Source: Synechococcales cyanobacterium VAR_4_metabat_354 (lineage in GTDB: Bacteria; Cyanobacteriota; Cyanobacteriia; Cyanobacteriales; Chamaesiphonaceae). Taken from it: 64,000 bases of DNA. Of the stretch, positions 22,220 to 31,224 are shown in pieces; the first letter of the stretch is position 1, and each line of letters opens with the position of its first letter. The translations under genes were made by a program, and so were the position numbers. The notes below the pieces were generated by a model. That model was not told where the DNA came from, searched no databases, and worked only from the letters and a program-made list of their open reading frames with translations. The DNA is taken from positions 96,001-160,000 of the forward strand of contig JANOQI010000016.1 of NCBI GenBank assembly GCA_031414775.1. Direction: 5' to 3'.

Positions 22220-22429
22220 AAATTAAAGAGAAGAAACTCGCAATATGAATTTTTGTGCTATCGATCGAAGGATTGTGAACAATCATTTACAATTCTACCT
22301 TATGACTTTGGCTTAGGGATTAGCTTTTGGTCAGAGTAAAAAACATTTCGCGATCCCCAGCGGCTTTTTGGTGAGTGGTGGGCAGCAGAAAGAACATATT
22401 ATTTGAAAAAACAAATTATTTTAAAACCT

Positions 22430-23599
22430 ATGGATGTCAGCCAAGCCGTTCAAAAACTCTACGATACCTATCCCTTCCCCCCGGATCCGCTGCTGGATGA
22501 AGTACCACCGGGCTATAACTGGCGCTGGCAATGGCAAGCCTCCCATAGTTTTTGCTTGGGGCAAATGGCTGCCAAGTCGGATGTGCGGATTTTGGACGCG
22601 GGTTGTGGAACGGGCGTGAGTACCGAATATTTGGTACATCTCAACCCTCAAGCTAACGTAGTGGCGATCGATATCAGTGCCGGGACTTTAGCTGTGGCCA
22701 AGGAACGTTGTCGGCGGTCAGGAGCCGAGCGGGTGGAATTTCACCACATGAGTCTCTTTGACGTCGATCAGCTGCCTGGTGAGTTTGATTTAATTAATTC
22801 TGTGGGAGTTTTACACCATACTGCTGACCCCAAAGGCGGTATCCAAGCCCTGGCCAAAAAACTAGCACCCGGTGGCTTGCTGCATATTTTTGTCTATGGC
22901 GAGGTGGGACGTTGGGAAATCAGCTTGATGCAAAAAGCGATCGCGATGCTTCAAGGTAACAAAAAAGGTGACTATACCGACGGGGTAAAAGTTGGTCGGG
23001 AAATCTTTGCCAATTTACCAGAAACAAATCGCCTGGTAACTCGGGAGAAATCCCGCTGGGCACTAGAAAATCATCGTGATGAATGCTTTGCGGATATGTA
23101 TGTACATCCTCAAGAAATTGACTACAATGCAGAAACGATTTTTGAACTAATTGATGCGGCGGGTTTGGAGTTTATGGGTTTCTCTAATCCGCAGTTTTGG
23201 CAGCTAGAAAGGTTGCTGGGTAAAGCACCAGACTTGATGGAACGGGCGGCGGGATTAAGTGGTAGACAACGTTATCGATTAATTGAGTTGCTTGATCCAG
23301 AAGTTACTCACTATGAATTTTTCTTGGGTAAACCACCACTAACAAAAGCGGATTGGTCACAGGATCAAAATCTATTAACAGCGATACCGGAGCGGCATCC
23401 TTGTATGGAGGGTTGGCCAAGTCGGAGTTTCTTTAATTTTGATTATCAAATTGTTCATGTGGATGATGCGGAGTTTGCCTTTCTTTCAGCTTGTAATGCT
23501 CAGAGGTCAGTGCAAGATTTGTTAGCGGAGACTGGAATTGATTTGGGGGGAGTTCGATCGCTCCAGCAAAAGCAATTAATCATGCTGAAAGCTACTTAA
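22430..23599 (+). CDS. Class I SAM-dependent methyltransferase
   Basis: LYDTYPFPP, ILDAGCGTG, VGVLHH, DMYVHPQE; ATG at 22430 preferred over TTG at 22403. Confidence 0.88.
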   Translation: MDVSQAVQKLYDTYPFPPDPLLDEVPPGYNWRWQWQASHSFCLGQMAAKSDVRILDAGCGTGVSTEYLVHLNPQANVVAIDISAGTLAVAKERCRRSGAERVEFHHMSLFDVDQLPGEFDLINSVGVLHHTADPKGGIQALAKKLAPGGLLHIFVYGEVGRWEISLMQKAIAMLQGNKKGDYTDGVKVGREIFANLPETNRLVTREKSRWALENHRDECFADMYVHPQEIDYNAETIFELIDAAGLEFMGFSNPQFWQLERLLGKAPDLMERAAGLSGRQRYRLIELLDPEVTHYEFFLGKPPLTKADWSQDQNLLTAIPERHPCMEGWPSRSFFNFDYQIVHVDDAEFAFLSACNAQRSVQDLLAETGIDLGGVRSLQQKQLIMLKAT

Positions 23600-23641
23600 A
23601 ATTTGGATTTTGCAGTCTTGGTATAACCGAAGAATAACTAT

Positions 23642-23717
23642 TTGGATTTGGATATTGTTGAGCTTCATTAGGCGACAGGTGTCGCGGAGGATGCTCGATC
23701 GGCAGGTTACAATAGAT
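23642..23717 (-). repeat. Repeat A copy 1: fragment of DUF4132/DUF5724-type gene plus flanking AGGTTACAATAGAT
   Basis: 69/76 identical (hand count) to 25955-26030; minus strand reads RSSILRDTCRLMKLNNIQIQ. Confidence 0.85.
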
Positions 23718-23746
23718 ATCAGATAGAGAGTTGGCCATACATAATG

Positions 23747-24373
23747 TTATGGGATGTTGGATGATTGGTACTGTTGCCACGCTTTTAAGCCTTCATAAAA
23801 AATCTGAAAGCTTTTGGATCTATTGATTTCTGGATTCATATACTGTGCAATATCTCGCGCTGCTTTTGGTTTATCCAATCCCCCCTGATGATACCTTGCC
23901 CTTTGCAATATACGTTCTAAAGCTTCCCATGTCCCACCTTGAATTGCATCAGGGTCACTGTACTTTTTTTGTTGAGTCAGACTAGACTTAACACCAGGAT
24001 AAGCTTTTACAATTGCATCAACATCTCCAAAGAACCATGATTCTAATTCCTCGATCATAATTCTATTTAAGACTTGAAAACACTCATTATCTTTCGTTTT
24101 AGTAATAAATCCAGTATCGGTAGCTATATCTTCTAATTTTTGCTTGAGTTCCCTACAATCTTGATCATCACGATCAATTAAAACAACAATTAACCAATCA
24201 TCGGGTATCCATGCTTTATAACCTTTTAATCGGTCTGGTAATTTTTTGAGCAAGTCTGACTTACCACTAAAGTTACGCACTTGATATTGTGTTTCAGGAG
24301 CTAGACATGAAGGCAAAAGTTCCTTTAGAGCTTCACCTCCAGAGTAATCCTCAATTAGAAATTCAATGTGCAT
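23747..24373 (-). CDS. DUF4276 family protein (TOPRIM-like acidic motifs)
   Basis: FLIED, VVLIDRD, ELESWFFGD, NRSKSF; 3 nt downstream of the ATPase. Confidence 0.8.
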   Translation of the reverse strand: MHIEFLIEDYSGGEALKELLPSCLAPETQYQVRNFSGKSDLLKKLPDRLKGYKAWIPDDWLIVVLIDRDDQDCRELKQKLEDIATDTGFITKTKDNECFQVLNRIMIEELESWFFGDVDAIVKAYPGVKSSLTQQKKYSDPDAIQGGTWEALERILQRARYHQGGLDKPKAARDIAQYMNPEINRSKSFQIFYEGLKAWQQYQSSNIP

Positions 24374-24376
24374 TGA

Positions 24377-25600
24377 CTATTTCCGAATAGACTTTAGAGT
24401 GGAGCCGCCAGCATTTGTCAGAGGATCACCTACATCGAAATAGTTTTCCATCCACAAATTGCCTAAAGTTGCACCATTATTCATAAATTCTTTTATTCCT
24501 TGCATATCCGAGGTTCTTTTTGCTTGAGTGTAACCTTGCTCATCACGATATAGTACCCAAACTTCCTCTGGCTTGAGTGAATCTATGAAAAAAGGTGAAT
24601 GTGTTGTGACCATTAATTGACTCCGAGCAGAAGCTGCTCGACATTCACCAGCTAATTCTGGAAGTAGACGCGGATGCAATTGATTTTCAGGCTCTTCAAT
24701 ACCGATTAATTGAGGTGGATCTGGGTCATAGAGTACGGCTAGATATGCAAGCATCTTTAGCGTACCATCAGAGGCAAATTTAGCTAGGATTGGGCGTTCA
24801 AATGGTGCATCCTTAACTTGCAAAAGTAACCGTCCATCCTGCATCATTTCAGCATCAACTCTTTCTAGCCTTGGTATTTTTTTAGATAGCGTGTTTAGAA
24901 TTTTCTCTAGAGATTGAGGATGTTGTTCTTTCAAATATTGAATCACATTTGGTAAGTTATCCCCGGTAGCGGAGAGCCGTTCTTGTGGATCAGCTTCTGG
25001 TGTATCACGAGTATTGTCAGCAGTGAGATAAGAAAGATACCAGCCTGTGATAAATTGTCTCAGCGCACTGACGCGAGGATGTTTTGTAAATTGTCCTAAA
25101 GTATTTACGGCTAAAACATCAGGGGCATTTAATTGTTCAGGAATTCGAGTGCCTTGCTCATCAGGAGTATCACCAGTGATGACTTCTCCCGAACCTTCTT
25201 TAAAGTATAAAAATCTAAAAGGCTGCCCTTTACTACCTCTCCGCCACTGCAACCATTCTTCAGCAACATAGGAGCCTTTACTATTTTCATCAATCGCCAG
25301 ATGATATGTAATTATAGGAGATTTACTTTTTTCTCGATACTTTAGTTCAATTATGATTGGTTCAGCAACACCGCGAGTGCGTAATTCTCGAAACCTACCT
25401 CGTTTATCCCAAGCGCGGCGCAGCCCAGATTGAAAGCATTCAGATAGAAATGCAAAGACATCAAAGATGGTAGATTTACCACTACCATTAGGACCAAGAA
25501 ATACTGTCAATGGAGTAATATCTTTAAGCTCTAGCTCTTTGATTGCACGGTAGTTACAAATCTTGAGATATTCAATTCTTGGGACGGCTAGCTTGGACAT
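24377..25600 (-). CDS. ABC-type ATPase (AAA_21/AAA_15-like), candidate defence sensor
   Basis: Walker A GPNGSGKS, signature SDGT, Walker [10 protein letters not shown]-loop TTHSP; no transmembrane partner. Confidence 0.88.
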   Translation of the reverse strand: MSKLAVPRIEYLKICNYRAIKELELKDITPLTVFLGPNGSGKSTIFDVFAFLSECFQSGLRRAWDKRGRFRELRTRGVAEPIIIELKYREKSKSPIITYHLAIDENSKGSYVAEEWLQWRRGSKGQPFRFLYFKEGSGEVITGDTPDEQGTRIPEQLNAPDVLAVNTLGQFTKHPRVSALRQFITGWYLSYLTADNTRDTPEADPQERLSATGDNLPNVIQYLKEQHPQSLEKILNTLSKKIPRLERVDAEMMQDGRLLLQVKDAPFERPILAKFASDGTLKMLAYLAVLYDPDPPQLIGIEEPENQLHPRLLPELAGECRAASARSQLMVTTHSPFFIDSLKPEEVWVLYRDEQGYTQAKRTSDMQGIKEFMNNGATLGNLWMENYFDVGDPLTNAGGSTLKSIRK

Positions 25601-25703
25601 TAAAGTTCAAAATTAAATCAATTATTGATCGGGATTCTTTGTTTTGGATCCTAAAAACTTGAATCTCTCAAAACCTCAACATCCAAAATTTATGCTTTTC
25701 TAT

Positions 25704-26013
25704 CTACTTTGATAGAATTTGCTCTAGAATTGTCGGGTCTTGAATTTCCTTATCCTCCGCTAATAGTAACACCTTCGACATGATCTCCGCCGTCTTCGGA
25801 TCGTCATCCACAAATGGTAAAAACAACCGTCCGCGATGCGGGGAACTGACAGGGAGAATGCAGAGGGCACCGCCTGGTTGCCGATGAACGATCGCACTGC
25901 CTAAAATGTATCGAATAGGTACCGATTGCGCCTTTAAATTAGAGCGTGGCTGCCTTGGATTTGGATATTGTTGAGCTTCATTCGGCGACAGGTTTCGCGG
26001 AGGATTCTCGATC
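25704..26013 (-). pseudogene. 3' fragment of DUF4132/DUF5724-type gene, frameshifted
   Basis: Removing two single-T insertions gives ILRETCRRMKLNNIQIQGSHALIKGAIGTYSIHLGSAIVHRQPGGALCILPVSSPHRGRLFLPFVDDDPKTAEIMSKVLLLAEDKEIQDPTILEQILSK*. Confidence 0.75.
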
Positions 26014-26054
26014 AATAGGTTAAAATAGATCCTAGGCAAATAGCAAAGGATGGC

Positions 26055-26252
26055 ATGTCAATGCTGACTCTACTCGATCGCATTAATCAAAAGCTGCCAC
26101 AAGTCCCCGAATCAGTTTTGGAGCAAGTTTGGACGATTCTTAACGCTGCTAATGAAAATGACGAACTGTATGCTGAATTCGAGCGTTGGGAAGCCGCCAG
26201 CGATGAAGATGAAGCTCAAATGGAAACAATGTTGGCAACCAAAGGTGTGTAA
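26055..26252 (+). CDS. Putative antitoxin (small acidic protein upstream of PemK)
   Basis: 65 aa, acidic C-terminus (WEAASDEDE); stop abuts toxin ATG. Confidence 0.7.
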   Translation: MSMLTLLDRINQKLPQVPESVLEQVWTILNAANENDELYAEFERWEAASDEDEAQMETMLATKGV

Positions 26253-26478
26253 ATGGCTAGAGGAGATATTTTATTAGTCACTTTACCTGAATCTGATAAA
26301 CGGGAGGAAAAAGGAACTCGCCCAGCAATTGCAGTTCAAGCGGATGATGAGCAATCACCAATGTTGATGGTAATTCCGCTTACGTCTTCAGCAGGAGCAT
26401 CACGCTTTGCTTTCACTGTAGAAATACAGCCATCAGAATTGAATGGGTTGACTCTACCATCTGTCGCAATGAAGAGCC
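26253..26478 (+). pseudogene. PemK/MazF toxin, C-terminally truncated
   Basis: RGDILLV, GTRPAIAV, VIPLTS, NGLTLPSVAM; the ORF then reads into the antisense of repeat B and stops at 26624. Confidence 0.8.
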
Positions 26479-26633
26479 GAATTTCCTTGTCCTTCGCTAA
26501 CAGCAACACCTTCGACATAATCTCTGCCGTCTTCGGATCGTCATCCACAAATGGTAAAAATAGCCGTCCGCGATGCTGGGAACTGACGGGGAGAATGCAG
26601 AGGGCACCGCCTGGTTGCCGATGAACGATCGCA
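26479..26633 (-). repeat. Repeat B copy 2: DUF4132/DUF5724-type 3' fragment
   Basis: 145/155 identical (hand count) to 25742-25896; ends at ACGATCGCA. Confidence 0.9.
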
Positions 26634-26905
26634 TGGTAACCAAGCTATAGTGCTATACCCATGGCCTATCACTATCCCGTTAAGGACGAAGCATGTCTGG
26701 TTGTCATCACCGCATCCATCAATTCAAACGTTGCATCCTTTGCTTTGGTTAACAACTGGTGTATTTCTTGACGGAAGGTCTGCAATAGTTCAAAGTTCAT
26801 GACGGGGAAGGTGATGATTAGTTTTCACCTTTATCGTCTTCCCTAGAGGTAGCTTTGGTTGATACCTTGGCTACCTTTGACTTTTTTGGTTAGTCTAAAC
26901 TCCAG
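26634..26905 (-). mobile_element. Decayed IS remnant (cyanobacterial IS701/IS4-like DDE transposase pieces)
   Basis: 26800-26672 reads MNFELLQTFRQEIHQLLTKAKDATFELMDAVMTTRHASSL; adjacent out-of-frame piece IGHGYSTIAWLP; putative end CTGGAGTTTAGACTAA at 26905. Confidence 0.7.
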
Positions 26906-27046
26906 AGTTTTAACAATGCTGGTCAATAATTCTTGAAGGGTGAGGGTTTGATTAGCTTGAGACGGCAGTGCCATCTGCCAAGTTGTAAGCAAATTTTGAC
27001 TTTTGCCCAGGACTTTGCCAGAAATAGTAAGGTGAAATAGAGCCAT
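26906..27046 (-). pseudogene. N-terminal fragment of a small hypothetical gene, interrupted by the IS
   Basis: MALFHLTISGKVLGK...LTLQELLTSIV then runs into the IS end; resembles (from memory) the gene found upstream of DUF4132/DUF5724 genes. Confidence 0.5.
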
Positions 27047-27101
27047 TGATCGATGATTTCAATAGAACGCCTCTACTATTAGAGATCTCAGCTTGTTACT
27101 C

Positions 27102-27890
27102 TTATCCTTTGACAAAAAAATAGGTGGTCATGCTCACCGCGACGATCGATACCAACCGATGAATAATCTGAGGTGGAATTTTACGGGCAAAATGCGCAAT
27201 GACATATCCACCTAAAGAACCGCCCACAGCCATCAGAATCGCTTGCGGCCAAGTGATCAAACCGGCAAAAATAAATAAGATCGCCGAAATACCGTTCAGA
27301 CAAGTTCCCAAAAATGCTTTCAGAGCATTCATATTGCTCATCCCTTCAAATCCAAAAAAAGTCAAGGCTGCTAACATCAAAATTCCCGCCCCACCACCAA
27401 AAAAGCCCCCATATATCGCAATCACTAATTGAGCAATTACTAAATAAAGTAGTTTTGGTGGCTGAGGATCAGCAGTTTTAGTAAATGATTGCAACCATTG
27501 TTTCAGAGATTCACCAAATATAAATACCCCAGTTGCTAGCAATAACAAATAGGGAATCAACCTTTTAAAAATATCGGGAGAAATATATAACAGTGCGATC
27601 GATCCCAGCATTCCACCCCCTAAACTGGTGAGGCTCAACATCATTAACACTCGCCTTTCCACCGCAAAATCACGTCGATAGGCTCCCACACTGGCTAGGG
27701 AGGCTACCCACATGGCGGTAGTATTGGTGGCATTAGCTGTGATCGGGGATACACCAGTAAAAATCAAAGCTGGAAAAGTGATGAAGCTGCCACCACCAGC
27801 AACTGCGTTAAGTCCACCAGCAATAAATGATGTAATAAATAGCAAAAAGCCATTGAAATGAGTAAGTGCTGGTGGCACAATTTGATTCAT
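27102..27890 (-). CDS. Sulfite exporter TauE/SafE (TSUP) family
   Basis: NAVAGGGSFITFP, ANATN, YGGFFGGGAGIL, NALK; start moved to MNQIV. Confidence 0.9.
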   Translation of the reverse strand: MNQIVPPALTHFNGFLLFITSFIAGGLNAVAGGGSFITFPALIFTGVSPITANATNTTAMWVASLASVGAYRRDFAVERRVLMMLSLTSLGGGMLGSIALLYISPDIFKRLIPYLLLLATGVFIFGESLKQWLQSFTKTADPQPPKLLYLVIAQLVIAIYGGFFGGGAGILMLAALTFFGFEGMSNMNALKAFLGTCLNGISAILFIFAGLITWPQAILMAVGGSLGGYVIAHFARKIPPQIIHRLVSIVAVSMTTYFFVKG

Positions 27891-27922
27891 ATTGTTATCA
27901 ACGCTAATACCACAACATTTTC

Positions 27923-28288
27923 CTAAAATAGACCCAGGGTCGAAGTAGCCATAATCATTGCTGGGACTGCCGCTGCTGACCAATTCCCTTCGGCTTTTCG
28001 ACCACTATTCAACAACAACCGCAAACTATAGCTATGAGAATAACCAGAAACTTGTAGCCATAGTAGATCACTTTCAACTTCACAGTCAATCTTCTCTTCG
28101 GCCATCAATTCATCTGTCATGTGGAACATAGTATTCGACAACTGCTGCACCAAGCGGCAAAAATCAGCCATCTCCACAGCTGTCAGTTCCAATGCCCAAT
28201 TATCACCACCTACCAAGCCAGGATAATCGGGGGTAGCTGGTCGCCATCCCAAGCGCCAGCCATCCCCCGATTTTAGGATCTTCTCCAT
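27923..28288 (-). CDS. DUF1818 family protein
   Basis: GDGWRLGW, LVGGDNWALELT, GRKAEGNW. Confidence 0.85.
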   Translation of the reverse strand: MEKILKSGDGWRLGWRPATPDYPGLVGGDNWALELTAVEMADFCRLVQQLSNTMFHMTDELMAEEKIDCEVESDLLWLQVSGYSHSYSLRLLLNSGRKAEGNWSAAAVPAMIMATSTLGLF

Positions 28289-28301
28289 AATTAACTAGTG
28301 C

Positions 28302-28532
28302 CTATTCGCCTAGAATTTCTGGCTGAGTCAATTCATCAGCCATTTCAATAATGGCGCGCAGTACTGGCTTTAGCATTGGATCATCAGTATTTTCAGTTTC
28401 ATAGCGATGGCGCTTTTTGGCACGACTGGCTACTTGCACAGTAATTCGGTAGCGGTTAGAAGCAGCTTTAACCAGTTCTTCGGCGCGTAAGGATACGTGG
28501 TTGGAGTCGAACTGTGGGCGTTTGGACAACAT
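28302..28532 (-). CDS. rpoZ: RNA polymerase omega subunit
   Basis: [30 protein letters not shown]. Confidence 0.92.
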   Translation of the reverse strand: MLSKRPQFDSNHVSLRAEELVKAASNRYRITVQVASRAKKRHRYETENTDDPMLKPVLRAIIEMADELTQPEILGE

Positions 28533-28611
28533 GAGCGCATGGAAAACAGAGGGCTTTCCTATCTTAACAGGCCGCAGACGGAAGATCTCTCGATCGGCTG
28601 ATGAAAATGCT

Positions 28612-30306
28612 TTAAGGATTGCCCGGGAAAGGACTAGATGAGTAGGTAGATGGGGTAGAAGTAGTCGATTCAGTAGTTAGTGGGGATGGTGATGGACTAT
28701 TGATGGGTGGAGTTGACGGAGGTGGAACAGTAGAGGTGGTCGCTGATGGAATCGGATTTAGAGGAAAGTTGGTTGGAACTATCGCTGGATCGCTAGGTAA
28801 CGGCGAGACTGGGCTGTCCAGATCTTTTGGTAGGTCATATAAATTACTATTAGAGAAAGAAGGCGTTGGTGTTGATGTTTTTTTGATAACGCTGGGTGAT
28901 TTAGAGATCTGCGGTTTGGGCTTAGATGTAGAAGGTAACGGTGAAGGACTTAATGATGTTGTTGGTATTGGAGATGGAGTGATGGTAATACAGCTTCGGA
29001 TCTGATCATTGAAAACCCAACCTGTATTACCGTTGCGCTGTTCAATCCGGACAAATTCTTCTTTGCTAGAGACAAACAACAGCTTCTCCCCCTGGGCAAG
29101 CTTGCTCTTAATAGCCGCATTCCGATCGGGTACCTCTCGTACTTTGGTCACAAAATCTGAGTTTTTTCCAGGCGCGGCAATTCGGCAGCGATCGGTTGTG
29201 GTCACTAAAGTATCAAACTGGTCAGCCATGAGCTGAGGGCGCACTAAAAAATAACCTAAACCAGCAGCACCAGAGAGGAGCAACAAACTAGTCAGCCATT
29301 TGCTGGCTGGATGATATCTACGTGGCTCATCGGGACGGGTGGCACTGACAGGGAACTGGCGATTTATTGGTTGGGAGGGGGCGGGCTGAGGGGTTTTAGG
29401 TGCTACTACCCACGTAGCCGCCGTTGGTTCAGAAGTAGGAGAGTTAGATGAAGGAATCTCATTGTGAATAGCGGGCTGCGGATAGGTCACTCCGAAGTTC
29501 AACTGCTGCAATGCCTCGTGAGCCGTGACATAACGATCTTTGAAGTGGTAACTAGTGATTTTAGTCAGAAAAGCCAGTAGAGGTGGGCTAATTGTTACTA
29601 AGTGCTGCCATTGCAACTCGCCAGTGGCGTCATCTTCCGATAATTCTGTCGGATGCTGACCGGTAAGTGCCTGAATACAAATCATGCCTAGCGCATAGAG
29701 ATCACTGCTAGGGCGAGGGGTGCCACCGGCTTGCTCTAATGGCATGTAGCCCGGTGTGCCGATCGAGATTGTTTTAGTAACTTCTCCCAGCTGGGGATAC
29801 TGCTGGGTGCGGACTTGTTTAATAGCACCAAAGTCAATTAAGACTAATTTGCCATCAGCATCCCGCCGCATAATGTTATCGGGCTTTACGTCGCGATGAA
29901 TTACCCCTTGACCGTGCACAAATTCTAGAATAGTCAACACTTCTCGCAAAAGTCTTTGAACCGCAGATTCTGTCCACTTTTGACTAGTCCCTAGCTCCGA
30001 AGTGAGGGTATGGCCAACTATATATTCTTGAACCAGGAAAAACTCTCGACTTTCTTCAAAAAAAGCCAATAAACGAGGGATTTGTTCGTGGCTTCCCAGC
30101 TGTTGAAGGGTTTCAGCTTCTTTTTGGAAGAGCTTACGGGCAATTTCCAACACGGCCGGACTAGTACTAGCTGGTTTAAGGTGTTTGAGTACGCATTTTG
30201 GCTGACCAGGTAAATGCAGATCTTCAGTGATATAGGTTTGGCCAAATCCTCCGGCACCTAAAACTTGCAATACTTGATAACGTCCGGCTAGTAACTGGCC
30301 AATCAT
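28612..30306 (-). CDS. Membrane Ser/Thr protein kinase with SH3-like domain and Pro/Ser/Thr-rich tail
   Basis: [27 protein letters not shown] helix, GWV motif. Confidence 0.92.
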   Translation of the reverse strand: MIGQLLAGRYQVLQVLGAGGFGQTYITEDLHLPGQPKCVLKHLKPASTSPAVLEIARKLFQKEAETLQQLGSHEQIPRLLAFFEESREFFLVQEYIVGHTLTSELGTSQKWTESAVQRLLREVLTILEFVHGQGVIHRDVKPDNIMRRDADGKLVLIDFGAIKQVRTQQYPQLGEVTKTISIGTPGYMPLEQAGGTPRPSSDLYALGMICIQALTGQHPTELSEDDATGELQWQHLVTISPPLLAFLTKITSYHFKDRYVTAHEALQQLNFGVTYPQPAIHNEIPSSNSPTSEPTAATWVVAPKTPQPAPSQPINRQFPVSATRPDEPRRYHPASKWLTSLLLLSGAAGLGYFLVRPQLMADQFDTLVTTTDRCRIAAPGKNSDFVTKVREVPDRNAAIKSKLAQGEKLLFVSSKEEFVRIEQRNGNTGWVFNDQIRSCITITPSPIPTTSLSPSPLPSTSKPKPQISKSPSVIKKTSTPTPSFSNSNLYDLPKDLDSPVSPLPSDPAIVPTNFPLNPIPSATTSTVPPPSTPPINSPSPSPLTTESTTSTPSTYSSSPFPGNP

Positions 30307-30411
30307 AAAAAAAATTCACAGCGATTACTTCAACTTTACCATTCCCGATCGATTGGCGATTACAGACACTTTGAATTTGAGTAAGATGGAGCAAGTTCGA
30401 CCTAGCAACTT

Positions 30412-30855
30412 GTGATGACTAATTCTTCGGCCAGTCATCAGCTGCATCTAGTCAATCACTATGAGCAGCTGAGCCTTCATCCTTCTGCCTCTGCGATCGA
30501 GATTCGGCGGGCTTATCGCTTGCTTAGTAAAAAGTATCATCCAGATACCACCACACTACCGGTGATTGAAGCGCAGACCAAGTTTCAGCAACTCAACCAA
30601 GCTTATGCCATTTTAACTAATCCCACTCGCCGGTTGTTGCATGACCAAGAAATTGGCTATTCTCGGGTTCGGGTAATGCAGGCTCCCACCGCTCATCGAC
30701 CTAATTACCAATCCAATTCGGCTTATCTTGACCCGATCGATCGACCATTGTCTGCCGGGGAAATATTTGTGCTGCTATTGCTAAGTGGTACGTTTTTGAT
30801 CTGTATTGGCCTAGTATTAGTAGTGGCAATTAGCCGGGGCGAATTGGTTTATTAA
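30412..30855 (+). CDS. J-domain (DnaJ-like) membrane protein
   Basis: NHYEQL, YHPD, C-terminal TM helix. Confidence 0.88.
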   Translation: MMTNSSASHQLHLVNHYEQLSLHPSASAIEIRRAYRLLSKKYHPDTTTLPVIEAQTKFQQLNQAYAILTNPTRRLLHDQEIGYSRVRVMQAPTAHRPNYQSNSAYLDPIDRPLSAGEIFVLLLLSGTFLICIGLVLVVAISRGELVY

Positions 30856-30868
30856 CTTAAAAATTTAC

Positions 30869-31219
30869 ATGGTAAAAGTTGTGCTCAAAAGTCTTCTTTG
30901 TTTACTGATCGCTTGCTTCATGGCCTGCATAGCTTTGCCAGTTTCTACTTTCGATCATAGCTGGTCAGCGATCGCGGCGACCATCTCTCAGGGTCAAGAC
31001 GTTACTGTCAAGGGCAAAATGAAGCTGATCAATGTGGAAGGTGGCTGCTATCAACTAATCACGACCGACAACACCCACTACGAACTACAGGGTGAATTCC
31101 CGAAGCAAGACGGTCTGATCGTCAAGGTGCGCGGCACCTTAGTTGCCGATTTAGTCACCACTTGCCAAATAGGACGGCCTTTGCAAGTGAAAAATATCCA
31201 GATATTAAGAAATCACTAA
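30869..31219 (+). CDS. Hypothetical exported protein (OB-fold-like)
   Basis: Signal peptide; VEGGCYQL...CQIG. Confidence 0.65.
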   Translation: MVKVVLKSLLCLLIACFMACIALPVSTFDHSWSAIAATISQGQDVTVKGKMKLINVEGGCYQLITTDNTHYELQGEFPKQDGLIVKVRGTLVADLVTTCQIGRPLQVKNIQILRNH

Positions 31220-31224
31220 ATTCT

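Noticed and set aside
23592..23780. 62-aa ORF sharing PPRxLSPNEAQQYPNP with the 111-aa ORF
   Set aside because: The shared peptide is the wrong-frame translation of repeat A.
25704..26039. 111-aa ORF as a real protein
   Set aside because: Its N-terminal half is an out-of-frame reading of a frameshifted gene fragment; treated as a pseudogene.
23642..26633. Repeats as a CRISPR array, DGR template/variable repeat or prophage att sites
   Set aside because: No regular repeat-spacer period; no cas, reverse transcriptase or integrase; mismatches are not adenine-specific.
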